NCBI RefSeq assembly: GCF_037042905.1
Contig: NC_087253.1
Location: 11,966,001 to 12,030,000, forward strand
Length of the DNA: 64,000 bases
Reading direction: 5' to 3'
Source of the DNA: Lytechinus pictus
Taxonomy: Eukaryota
Shown here: one piece after another, positions 51,701-63,696 of the stretch
Layout of the letters: the number at the start of each line of letters is the position of its first letter
Numbering within the stretch: position 1 is the stretch's first letter
Translations under genes and position numbers: made by a program
The notes under the pieces: generated by a model
Told to the model about the DNA's origin: nothing
Databases searched by the model: none
The model's input: the letters and a program-made list of their open reading frames with translations, nothing else

Positions 51701-54700
51701 CTGGCAAACCTATAGAATAAAAAGAAAATTAAATAAGGGTTGTAAATATCAGTGCTTACATGTACAAGGAGAACATGACATAGAGCCTTCTACAGGCAAA
51801 TGCATTTCCGTGCTTATTCTTGAACATTTAGACTCTTGCATTTGGAACATGATGAATATCATCAATATTATTCATCATACTACCACTGTCAGGTATTTAT
51901 ATATTTACATATATATTATTCTGGGGGGGGGGGGCAGGGGGGTCAAATATGAAAAGAAAAATAATAGTGGGTACTAGGTTTAGGGACAGTGATTTTCCGT
52001 TTCTAAAAATTGCCTTTTCCGTTTCAGAAAATCTCGAATTCCGGTTCAGCATGTCTGAAAACGGAAATTCTGTTTCCCCATAGACTCTGTGTACGTATGA
52101 AAAAGTGACAATTCCGTTTACATAGAAAACCAATACGCAATGAGTAGCGCGATGTCAAAATGCTAGCGTTGGTCAAAATTTGCATCTACCAATGTGCTAA
52201 CATCGCTTTAAAATCCATTTTAATCGAAGAGTTTCGAGCTCAAAAACTATTTAGAGAAACATAATCAACATTAATACATCCTCACCTTTCATATTATTAG
52301 CATTATTTTATGGTTACATGGGATTTTATTGCTGATTTGGGGACTTTTCGGACATCGTTTTGAGCAGTCAACAACTTCTGCCTATCCGCCATTTTGGATT
52401 TGTTGAATCACCGTGATGTATTATGACCGAACACAGAGGGCAGCAACACACGGCCGTATTCTGTCTTACATGCGGACGTCAGTGTAAACTAATTTAGATA
52501 CGATCGAGTGATGGTGGGGCTCGAGTGTAGTTACGATGTGTTGATTGTTGTTGCAAAGTGAGATCGTGTTTTTTTCAGTTGATATTCGTATTTTGTTGAG
52601 GATTTGGGATTAATTTCTGTTGATATTTTGTGCATTTTGAGAAAAAACAAGTTTTCCTTGATTTTCCGTTTGAAAAGCCACTTTCCGTTTCAAAAGGCCG
52701 ATTCCGTGAATTCCGTCCGTTTTCCGCGATCGCGGAAAATCACTGTCCGTATAGGTTTCACTAGGGCCTGTAAGATTAACCAATGAAAGTTTGTTTCTTA
52801 TAACAGAAAGGAGAGGGTTGGTTGATATGAAAGCTCTTTGAGTTTTCGATCTGTTTTTCTTGTCAAAACAAAACTCCTCACACATACGTGTGGGGTGGTA
52901 TATGTACATGCCCACAATAATCGAAGGGAGTTCGAAGGTTTCTCAGAAATGAGTGTCCTCTGCTTACAGTATGGACAATGTTCCATTATCCAGTCTTCAA
53001 GAAGCTCTGGGGAGTATTTTATAAACATTTCTGTCCAACGAGCTGTCAGATCTGGCAACTTTCCTTGCTTTTGATTGGCTGAGAAGCACTGTTACTATGG
53101 TAACTGTCGGATAAAATGTCCGACAAGTCCTTTCATGAAATGCTCCCCTGGGGAGCGTTTCATCAACATTTTCGTCCGACAAGTTGTCAGATCTGACAAC
53201 TTTCCTTGATACTGATTGGCTGTGAGGCACTGTTACTATGGTAACTGTCGGATAAAACAGGTCTAGTCGGATAAAATTTCTGACAAGTCCAGTCATGAAA
53301 CGCTCCCCTGGTCTTTAAAAACTTTTTTGTTTGAAAAGAGCATGATAAAAATCAGTGTAGATCGGTATATTTCCTTCTTACCTTTTATTTATTTATTCTT
53401 TTTTTTTGGGGGGGGGGTCACATCTGAATAAACAGGTTTCAGTCAAGTCCGGTCAGATTACGGCAAACGGACCATATTCTTGGACTTACCTTTGAAATTC
53501 TCACAGAATGTTCCAGTCCAGTAGAGATCACAATGGCACACATAACTGCTTCCTAGCCTCTGAAAGGTACCTCCATTTTTACAAAGCACACTCTTGCAGG
53601 AAATATGGGCTGCAAGATAACAATGGGTACAAGTGCATATTTTAACATACCTTGAACATACCTTGAAGTGCTACACTTCCATCTTCAGGTAGATAGATAT
53701 TAGTGTGGCATGGTTTGAGGGGGCTTTGTAGCCCATTAATAACCCAATTTTTAATATATAATGTAGAGGGAATTTTTTAAGTTATGATAACATTAAAACA
53801 ATTTCACCTTGCTGAAAATTTCAATGTTGATATCACAACATGGTCAAAGCTCATTGACCCTAAATGACCTTTCACCTTGATCATGTGACCTGAAACTTGC
53901 CCAAAATGATCAGTGATACGTGATTGCCCTTTTGCCCAAGTTCCATAAAATAGATCCATTTATTTTCAGTTATCATAACATTTCAAAAACTTAACCCTGG
54001 TTAAGATTTCAATGTCGATACCCCCAACATGGTAAAGTTCATTGCCCATAAATGACCTTTGACATGGGCCATTTACATTAGGATCAGTGGTACTTGATTG
54101 CCATTATGTCCAAGTTTCATAGGTCTGTATACTTTCTAAGTTATGAAAACATTTCAAAAACTTAACCTTGGTCAAGATAATGATGACAATGCTGCCGCTG
54201 TCAGAAAAGCGGCACTGACTATTGTCTCGCTCTGCTATGCGGGTGAAACAGATAATGCTTGTTTGGGGGATGGAAGGGTAGTGGAAGGGGTGACCTAGGC
54301 AGGGGCCTGCTTGGTCCCTTGGATATACCCCCAAATATCAAACTCACCTTGAGTGCAGCGGCATGATGCCTCTCTTGTTTGTTTATCCCTGATGCATGCT
54401 TCAAAGCTAAAACAATCACCATCGATCGTGCAGTTAGATCCAACAGGTAAAGCTGCTAAAATGTTAAAAGAGAAAATTATTTCATTAGTTTTATTTTCTT
54501 CATTTCATCAAAATTCAAATGATGTTTTGTTTAAAATCCATGTATACACACTCTTGGTAAACATGTATATGCACTTGTTTCTTTTAAAAAAATAAGTTTT
54601 CAAAATCATAATTTTTCAAATCCATTTGATAACAAATCCAAAGTTTTTTTACCTCAAATAGCCTTTGGCCTTGACTTGAACTGAACACGACTTAAAAATG

Positions 54701-57023
54701 CAAAAAAATATTCATGTAATTTCTTATCACAGTGAATTGATTTTAAATGACCTCTGACCTTGACCAAGTAACATTTCACTGTAAGAATATACTAGGCTTG
54801 GGCATCAGAGTCGAGTAATCGAGTCTACCCGATTCTTGTCACCAGAGTCGAGGAGTCGACCCCCATTCTTTCAAGGCCCATTACTCGAGCCTGAGGGATC
54901 TACTCTACCAGAGAACCGTTTCTGTTTTATAACAACACATAATAGCCCTGTTGAGGGGAATTCCAGACTTAGTTTATAATTGCAGGCTTAAATCATTGTA
55001 TGAAAATCTAATACACAAGTTAGTTTAATGTGTAGTTGTGCCAGACCATGGCTCTCTAGACCTATTAGTGTCATGTAGGGGCTGTGTAAGTAGACTTATC
55101 CAAACAGAACATGTCTGGCTTCTTATCTACTGACCGCATAATTGCCCCCTTCAAGATACGCACTTTCAAGGTTTCAATAACAAACAAGAAACCCAAAAGG
55201 TTGGTTTTAAAAAGAGAAAGAGAGAGGAGTATAAAAAGAGGGAGTGAGAGGGATATCTTGCTAGTGTACACAGTAGCTCCATTCACTTTATGGACATGAA
55301 AAGAGCTTGGTATGTATCTCATAATTCACTAGTGTGTTAAGTGATGGTGGAGTCGACTCCTCTCGGAACCGAAGCCTTAGGTCAGAGCCGGAGTCGGTTC
55401 TGGGAAAGGTGGGAATCGCCCAAGCCTACAATATACCCATGTAATTGGGGACACAAACCGTTTCATAAATCAAAGTCTAAACAAAATAGAGACTTCTGAT
55501 TTAAAAGTTAAATGGAAAATTCAAAATCCTAACAAAATGGTCAACTTTTTGCCTCTGTTTCATTAAAACAGTTGATCCTGATTGCTTTTAATTGAATATT
55601 CAGTATTATGTAAAAGAGTAAATTCTGGACTTCTTTTTTTTACAAACCTGCACATAATTTATAGGAAAACTTAAAAAAGCTTATTCATTGTTCATTTTCA
55701 TTAGGAACCTAAAATCATGATTTGTTTGTTTACAATACATGTACATGTACATGTATGTACTTTCGAAAACTGACAGTTAATCCTGGTTTTGAATTACCGG
55801 TACTCTATTTTGTGATATAGGCTACCGTAATCTGACAGATAATTATATATTCATAGCTATGTTATCATATAAAAGTCTAAACCTAGAAAATTTACAATTT
55901 TATACTAAGCCAAATACAGACAATTTTTGTCAGGGGCCATGTCATTTCCTAAAAAATGGGGGGAAATAGGGGTGAAATTGTCATAACTTTGACAGGATCT
56001 ATTTAGTATGTCTAAGTTTGGTTAGTATCATTCTCACTATAGCAAATACGTCCTACATCATATATGTATGTATTAATTGTAAAACTACAACAAGATGTCC
56101 ACTTTATAATTTAAAAGAAACACGTAGAACTTGTTTTAAATTAATCTGCAAAAGTGCAAGTCACAATAACTGATACACCACGCAATGTTCACCTTTCAAA
56201 TACGTATGATGTAAATATTTTGAAAACAGAGCAAAAAGCCAAAAAGGGACCTTGCCAAACATGTCAAACCTTATTCAAATGCTCCCATCTACAGTAATTT
56301 GACATATTAATTATTTCTATCAAAGTTATGAATGAAAAGAAATGGTGATTATGACGACATGTCATCGGTCATATGATGTGGTCTGCAGCTACATGTACGC
56401 AATGCCAATGCCAATGTCACCAATGACGGATCTCCAACTCCAATTCGCTGTCGTGATTTTCGCTGCAATTAATTAGCTATCCGATGAACAGTAACTTAAG
56501 TCTTAATCAACCAGATCTGTTATGTCTGTGTTGACTGTTAATTGTTCAGACCTATGTTTAGTTGTCCTAAGTTACTAGTCCTAAAACTCCTATCCTGAAA
56601 AAATAAATTTATGGAAATCCATCCATCTATTTGCCAATGCAATGCACAGGACTACTACTAGTACTAGTATTACTACACACAATGAACGTGTATTACCCAG
56701 AAATGTAGGGTATGTACAATTCTAACTGCTGTATCACAGAAGTATGATGATCCCTATTGGACACGTGTGCATAAGAATTACACGCGCCGGCACATGCGAA
56801 TGACCTACTGCCTGACTGCACTGTGTGTACAGTGTGGTCCCGTTCCGTTCGTTAACGTTACGTGTTGGACGTTGGCTGATAAATCATGATATATGACTAA
56901 TTTTTTTCGAAAAAATGATAAAAATTCATTACCAGAAATATTTGGAATCATATGATGGCAAATCCAATAGCAGCACGAAACAAACAGCTGTGTACGATTG
57001 AAAAGCCGCCAAAAATTAGCCAT
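48739..57023 (-). CDS. Type-I membrane protein: EGF-like x2, LDL-receptor class A x2, TM, cytoplasmic PPxY x2 (LDLRAD3-like), ~368 aa
   Basis: Exons (minus): 57023-56933 (tentative first exon), 54455-54348 (CTIDGDCFSFEAC...CRC), 53609-53490 (CKSVLCKNGGTF...CHCDLYWTGTFC), 51709-51572 (CSSSDYQCRDGSCVVGQSLCDGIPDCSDGSDEIAC), 50474-50346 (CAIWEFECEDMTCIPRYKCCDRFRDCQKGEDEINC), 49259-48739 (TM LLIITCTVLMTVVIVTLLIYF then RRVR; PPTY and PPPSY). All internal exons are phase 1-1 with GT-AG introns. The first exon is the least certain. Confidence 0.82.
49320..49640 (-). mobile_element. Degenerate 3' end of an L2-type LINE with a (CATTA)n tail
   Basis: Minus-strand KSKTFGGRASGKIAPTLWNILPRDIRSI; (AATGT)n at ~49317-49345. 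Confidence 0.7.
51129..51473. mobile_element. Harbinger-type MITE (TWA TSD)
   Basis: TAA|AGGCCACCGCACACCTT...AAGGTGTGCGGTGGCCT|TTA. Confidence 0.8.
53010..53307. mobile_element. Tandem dimer of Harbinger-type MITEs sharing a central CTG
   Basis: CTG|53010-53147|CTG|53151-53307|CTG; same family as 7144-7300. Confidence 0.85.
54793..55428. mobile_element. hAT-type MITE
   Basis: TIR TAGGCTTGGGC...GCCCAAGCCTA; TSD GAATATAC/CAATATAC; GAGTCG subterminal motifs. Confidence 0.8.
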
Positions 57024-57215
57024 CTTCCATCGACAAATAAATATCTGAAGGCGAGGGTACATCAACAATAAAAACATCATGCAACGTCAACCTGTAACCC
57101 GGAAGTGCGCAGCGCTCTCTCAGTCCGTCTCTCTCTTTCTCTATCTCTCTCTCTTCGGGGAAACCCCATGGTGTAGGTGTGAAAAGCGTAATTATAAAGG
57201 GGCGGGGCAGTTAAT
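57010..57215 (-). promoter_or_regulatory. Probable promoter of the LDLa/EGF membrane protein gene
   Basis: ETS-type CCGGAAGT at ~57099, GC box GGGGCGGGGC at ~57199, and a YY1-like AAGATGGC overlapping the tentative ATG. Confidence 0.5.
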
Positions 57216-57429
57216 TGTAAACGCACTTGTCATGAATTTAAGATCATGATTGTCATTTGGGATATTGATGACGTTATCAGGAATGAATATGATAAAGATA
57301 TTTATTCCATTAATGTGTTGTTCATTTAATTTCATGATATAATAAAACAAAGATATTTGTTATTAATATTCCATATAATTACACAGCATTTAACATTATC
57401 AGTATCACTACTCGTGATCTACACCCATG

Positions 57430-58010
57430 AACACAACCAACACCCATGAACACAACCAACACCATCATCTCCATCATTATAACTACAATTATTATTTGAA
57501 TTATAATCATTTTTTATTGTCACCATTAGCCTGGCATAAATTTATAAAATGTCAGTATCGTACATATACTGTTATTATCTTCATCATCCTCACTACCATC
57601 ATCATCAACATCATCTGTATCATCATCATCACCACTACCTCATCATCTCTACCATTATATTTCCACCATCATAATCACCATTATAATCAGCATCAAAATC
57701 AGCCATCACCATTTTTATCATCATCATCATCATTGTGGTCATCATCATCTTCACTATCATCATTTATTAGCAGCAGCACCATTATCAACATCATTATCAT
57801 CTCCAACATCTTCAACACCATAGCCATTATCGTCATCACAATCATCATCTTCACCACCATCACCATAACAATTATCGTCATCATCACAATCATCATGATC
57901 TTAATCGTCATCATAATCACCATCATCATCATCATCTTCATGCATTATCATACCATCATCATCATCCTCTTCTATCATAACCATCATTCTCAACGAAGCC
58001 ACTTTTGACA
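57430..58010. repeat. Degenerate (CAT)n low-complexity tract (similar tract at ~62410-62680)
   Basis: ATC/CAT trinucleotide runs. Confidence 0.9.
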
Positions 58011-58330
58011 TCATTCTCACTCTTCGATGCAATATTGTGCACAAAAACATTTTGTACAAAAGTAACAAAAACAAAACACTGACAAATGGCAATCTGAGTG
58101 TTTTCCTAGAATTATTTCAGTTTTATTACAAGATACTAGCTAGTACAAGAGTGCAGCATAAATACATTTTTTAATGAATCTTCTGGCATCGCAGTAATCA
58201 TCAATCATTATTGATATCAGCTGTATACATTAAGTAAAGAATAACTATACTTTTAACATCAACAACAAAGTCAAAATTGGCCCAACACCAACAAAAAAAT
58301 GTGAACACTGAACTTGAAATCAATCAATGT

Positions 58331-60228
58331 TCAAACTTTATATTCATTCATCTCCTGATAAAGTGGTAAGGCAGCATCCACCAGTCTAAGGACATCTTCC
58401 GTGAGTTCTTCCCGGGTAACAGGTTTACTTGCTGAAGCCACAAACTCACTTGACGTCGCAGCATCGAGGAAAAATATTGGTACATCATGGAGTAGCGTTT
58501 CCCGGCAAGCCTTCCAGGTTTTTACAACCTTGGTTGAAGCATCCCAGCGTAGCAACGAATCACTGTAAGGAAGTCCCGTCTTTGCGCAAAACTTCTTGAG
58601 AACGGCTCCAGGGTCGGTCTTCAGGTCATCTGCGTTGATGACCATTGGGTTCGGGTCAATGTTATGCCGGACGTACTTCCACAAGCTGTGAAGGCTAGGA
58701 AAGAATTCATCAGCAGTCAGATAGGCATCGTCTCTCACGACATCGTACAACTCTTCATCTTTCGGTTTATCGCGGATGATGCAAGCTTTGCGATAGGAAT
58801 GGAAAGCAGACATTGGTTCTCGAATGAGAAACACGTGCTGATATCCGGAAGGTATGTACTTGCGTAGAGTCTCGTCCCGCAATGCAACAGCCATGTCTTT
58901 GACAAGGACGAATTTACTCTGCGTTGAATCCAGGCGTTGTTTCACACTACCATATCTGCAAAGTAAAAGGAAAAAGATTTTATAAGGTTTTTTTTTTACA
59001 TTTTTTAATTGTATACCATGCATTTTCAAATTAAGGATTTCTAAAAGTATACGAGTTTGAAAGAATTAAAAATAAATAATACAATAATAACCACAAAAAA
59101 ATCATAACAAATTGATTTCCTGAGTTACAATCCAACGGGAAGAAAAAATCCATAATAGTAAGTCAGAAAACAAATTATTTAAATGTGCTAATTATCTTCA
59201 GTGAATTTAAAGGAGAATGAAACTCTTGGAGCAAGTTAGCTTTTGTGAAAGCAGAAAAATCAAAGAATAAGATCAACAAAACTTTGAGTAAAATAGGACT
59301 AGCAATAAAAGAGTTATGAGCATTTGAATGTCGAGATCACTAATGCTATGGAGATCCTCCCATTGGCAATGCGACCAAGATCTGTGATGTCACACGCGTA
59401 CAACTCTCCCATTTGGACACTGAAAATATACCCCAAAACATCTCTTTTTGCTCATTCTAATCATATGACAAACGATTCATCAATGATATAATGTTGTGAA
59501 ACCTCTGTACTTGTCATCTCATAAAGAGAACACCTCACCTTGTGATAGACTCTATAAAAGTGAGAATATAAGTTAAATAAGTACTAAAGTAATGAGGGAG
59601 TTGTACGTGTGTGATATCACAGATCTTGGTCGCATTGCCGATGGGAGGATCTACATGGCACTAGTGATCTCAATATTCAAATGCTCATAACTTTCTTATT
59701 ATTCATTCAATCTTCCTCAAACTTTCAACAATATGTTTCTTTGATTTTTCTCTTTGATATGGATTCAGCTGGTTTCAAGGGTTTCATTCTCCTTTAATTA
59801 TTCACACGTGACAGGGAACTTATACTATATCTCTATGCTTATAGATTATACATTTTAAATATTTTTACTTTTATTTTGCATTATCAGAGCATTTACTTTG
59901 GAGGTTGGTTGAGTGATTCTGCAAATCACATCTTAAATTTTACTCACGCAATGCGCTCAGGTTCAATGCTTGACGGCGAAACACCCAGCTGCTCCACAAA
60001 CAATCTGACAGCAGCCGCAAACTCGCCTGCATTCTCAGCCGTGTACTCCGGGGGAAGGTCCTTGCCAGTGTCCGCTCGGTAGAGATTGTTAGGAATATCG
60101 CAGTAAGTGAAAGGTTCAAACCAAACTTCAATGTCCTTGATAAAACTCAAACATTTCGTAAATACGGTTGAGAGAGTACGGGGATAACACCATAATATGA
60201 CGCAAACTTGTCTACTTTCTTGCTCCAT
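58331..60228 (-). CDS. Sulfotransferase-like P-loop protein (Sulfotransfer_5-type, often annotated 'BCAT-like'), 2 exons, 301 aa
   Basis: Exons 60228-59948 and 58955-58331 (phase 2, GTGAGT...CAG). Motifs: LWCYPRTLSTVFTKC (5'-PSB-like loop), WFEPF, VLVKDMA, HVFLIREP (3'-PB-like), VINADDLKTDPGAVLKKFCAKTGLPYSDSLLRW. Confidence 0.85.
59211..59793. mobile_element. Kolobok-like foldback element in the sulfotransferase intron
   Basis: TTAA|AGGAGAATGAAAC...GTTTCATTCTCCT|TTAA with ~200-bp inverted arms. Confidence 0.85.
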
Positions 60229-61423
60229 GATTATAATGAAAAATGCTACAATAATGGCAGAACTCACCGCCCACCGATCGTCGACACCGTTTACGTCCCC
60301 GATCTCATATGGGCGCGCCTCGACATAGTACGGTACATCCGTCCCGATCCCCCAGCTAGGGCAGGGCCCCAGGGCAATCACCCAATCAGGAATAATACAG
60401 TACCCCAAGATAATCTCCCCCTGGGATAACTACACCCAGGAGAACTACTAGCCCCCGGGCCAGCCCCAAGGACAATAACATTAAACCCATATCAACACCC
60501 CTATAGCTAGCTCCCCATATATTTCCACTCCCTATAACTGCATGTAGCTTCTCTCATGCAGGGATTACACCCCGGTCCCTATCTTGCGGCATCATCATGC
60601 GCAACGCCCCCTCCCAAGGTCAAGGATACCCGTTACCTCCTCCCAGGATTGTGCAGTTAGGGATACTTACACTTCGATTCTCACAAGCCCCCCCCCCCCT
60701 AAAAAATACCTCCGAGGAAAATTACTCCGGCCATAATTATATATAGGCCGGATCATCAGTCCGCTCCTCCCAATTTAACATATCCGCCACCCCCCCCCCC
60801 CCCCCCAAAAAAAAAAAAAAAAAAAAAAAAACACCGGACATCCATGCATATAGGGCACTCTTCAGAAAGCATTTTAATTCCAGCTATGCAGTGCGTATTA
60901 AAAAAACGGGACGATTTTGAAGTCTATTAAAAAAATTGTTTCAAATTATGATATCTATATTTTGATGTTAAGTGCTGTGGAAATATTTTCTACATCTTCC
61001 GATCGCGAATTTAACAACCCGCGAAAATGTCGGGACCCCCGCGATTCGCGAAAAATTCTGTACGCGAAAATAACAGCTTCTACAGTAGTTTAAACCCTTT
61101 ACTCTTTTGTCTTTTACTAACACTGAGAATAAATAAACGAGTAAGACTTTAAAGTTTAAAATCGGTGCACCCTGAAGAAAAGTTTATTGTCGTTGTTGTT
61201 GTAAGATCAGACAAGGTAAAATTTATGACTTTATCAAACTCTACCAATATCATCATTCTCCAATAGGGACATTGAGTATTATAACAGGAATTCACTCATA
61301 AAAATGATGACGAAAAAAATGTTGTTAACGCCCTCTATGTTATAGTTGGAACGTGAATTTTCTTGTCGTGTGATAACCAAACGAAATTCTACTAGTTTTC
61401 AGCAAAAAGTCACCTTTTTCATC

Positions 61424-63696
61424 ATGAACATGTTCGCGAAACTTCTATATTATGATACAGCTCGACAAATAAACACATTTGTGTGGAGATCATGCAGTAA
61501 TTGCAAGATGCACTCTTGCACCGCGCCCATCAATAATTCCGCAGCTTTTGAACGGAACGGCGAGAGACTGTCACGCCCGGAGATTCGGCGTCATCTTGGA
61601 ACCGTATCCCGCTTGGGAAAGAGGTTTTCATCCACGTCTTTGTACACTCCGTCATCCGAAGGAGAACATGTCCCATTTGTATTGAAACCTGAATTAGACT
61701 TTAACACTATAATGCTAGAGGAAGAGAAGTTCAAGAAAAGCGTTGATGCAAGGGAAATGAAGGGAATCAATATTTCAGAGATGGTTTGTTTCGAAACAAT
61801 GATTTTTTTCTATTCAATAAGGTTTATCGCTAATCAAAACCGCAATGCATCATGGGATTGAAAAGGGAGCAATCAAGCTAGCTCCGCACATGCATTAGGA
61901 CAGTGCGCAGAGCTAGCTAACGGCCCCCTTTTCGATCCCATGAAGCATTGTGGTTCTGATTAGCGATAAACCTAATTGATTGATGCATGGAATAACTTAA
62001 TAAATAATAATAATATTGACACAATTCTGTCGAGCTGTCTTAACTGAAGTTCATAATCATACAATAATGATAACTGTTGTAGCTGTATGGGTGATGAGCT
62101 ATGCGGGGGTGATGATGGTAGTGTTGAAAAGCTAGGTAAATTATGATGGGGATTGAAAGAGAACTAAATGAGGAAGGAACTGGGGCTGGGCAGGGAATCA
62201 AAACAGATGCATGCAGAGTTGAGAAATATTGGTCCTTGGGAAAACAATAATTGTGATTACATTTTTCTATATTTATGCAGACTCTATGCTAAATTCAATT
62301 AGAGCTGTTTGGATAGCATCAATCTTCTTACAGTGTGAGTTTCACTTTGAACATTGATATATTTAGCGCAGCTCAGCAAATAAACATTGATAATAATGTT
62401 CAATTTTGATTATCATCATCACTAAAATAGAATAATTTGCATCATTATCACTGATTCATGACACCATCATTGTCCTCAGATCATTACTAATACTATCATC
62501 ATCAGCATCATCAGACTTACCAGCATTTCCATCATCATTAGCATTATTGTCAATTTGTCATCATCATCACCATCATCATCATCATTAATTACCATCATCA
62601 TTACCGTCATCTTCACCATCATCATCATTACTATTATCTTCTTCACCAATATTATTATTATTATTATGATTAATTATTATTTGTTTGCCGTCACCTGTGC
62701 CTGGGAGGCGAAAAGTGAACTGAATCACTATGACCCGTAGGTCTCTCCTCCCGATATAACTGATTGGGGGAATGCAGGTGGACCACTACACCGGGGTTTC
62801 CCCCTACTCTTATACGAATAGTGCAGTGGGTTCTTGATGTGCAAAGTATTATTATTGCATCATCACTATATTTTATCCCAACATCACAGATCTCTATTTG
62901 GAACGAGGTATGTAATCTCGAGGAGCAGAAGAATGAGAAGGAAAGAAAGAGAAAAGCCCTCAACACAAGAGCTAAACAACTCAGTAAACAGGTATCGTCT
63001 GATTGTTTGAAAATATTGGAGAGTTTGTGTTATACAACCTTTATACTAAATTACAAATTTGTTGTAAGACTGTTTCTGAGTGAACATTACATGCATTTGA
63101 ACACTTGATTAATGCCGCATCAAATTGCCATGGCATGTTTATCCTGGATCTAATCCCTCTTCCCCAAAAATATGCCTCTTTCATAACACGTCATGACCTC
63201 ACGTCCAAGAGCATATAAAAAAGTGCAAAGATTATTTGCTGACCTCACAAACTGATTTAATGTGATGTCAATGCAATGTTGTTGCTAATAGACTTTCATA
63301 CTTTTTTGGTAACTTTATTTATCACTTCTCATAAGTTTTTAAGGCAAATTTTGACTATTTTGAAGTGATATTGATACCCATTTTTTTATATTCAAAACTA
63401 TTGGCAACAAAATTGTGCAACTCTCTGTTCCCTCATTTTAAGTCCTGGTCCTCCCACTTCTTTAGTTTGGCACATTCACAGTGTTTTTATTTCCTACTCT
63501 AGGCAAGACTGAAAAAAAGTCTTGAATATGAAAGAAAAAGGACATGGTTGTTGAACTCCATCTTTCCTTTTGTGTAAGAATTTGAAATTGAGAGTTGGTT
63601 TCTGTTGTGTTTCTATTTCAGAAAGGAGAAGCTGGGACCAAAGAGAAAATCCAACATGAAGGCAGGAAAATTAGAGAGGAGTTGAAAAGAGTAAAT
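61424..63696 (+). CDS. 5' part (3 exons) of a mitochondrial seryl-tRNA synthetase (SARS2) or SerRS-like SLIMP paralog; continues beyond the window
   Basis: Exons 61424-61783, 62890-62991, 63622-63696, all phase 0 with GT-AG introns. The joined peptide has an Arg/Ser-rich presequence-like N-terminus followed by SLYTPSSEGEHVPFVLKPELDFNTIMLEEEKFKKSVDAREMKGINISEMISIWNEVCNLEEQKNEKERKRKALNTRAKQLSKQKGEAGTKEKIQHEGRKIREELKRVN, resembling the SerRS N-terminal tRNA-binding coiled-coil arm (P-x-LD, ISxW, GRxIRxEL). The start codon is tentative. Confidence 0.72.
62660..62840 (-). mobile_element. 5'-truncated SINE fragment with a V/Meta-domain-like core
   Basis: Minus strand AAGAACCCACTGCACTATTCGTATAAGAGTAGGGGGAAACCCCGGTGT resembles the conserved V/Meta-SINE core (from recall); ends in an (AAT)n tail. 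Confidence 0.5.

Noticed and set aside
54219-54443. ORF-track frame MDLTARSMVIVLALKH...
   Set aside because: Wrong frame; the alternative frame gives the Cys-rich EGF-like module and matches phase 1-1 splicing.
57427-58092. Ile/His- and Met/Asp-rich ORFs
   Set aside because: Translation of (CAT)n low-complexity DNA.
1025-60228. UGT plus sulfotransferase as a phase-II detoxification or biosynthetic gene cluster
   Set aside because: They are ~49 kb apart with unrelated genes between them, and both families are typically multi-copy, so co-occurrence is weak evidence.
60889-60960. Possible Tc1/mariner-like terminus CAGTGCGTATTAAAAAAACGGGAC
   Set aside because: No matching opposite TIR or transposase remnant was found; the downstream ORF is better explained as exon 1 of the SerRS-like gene.
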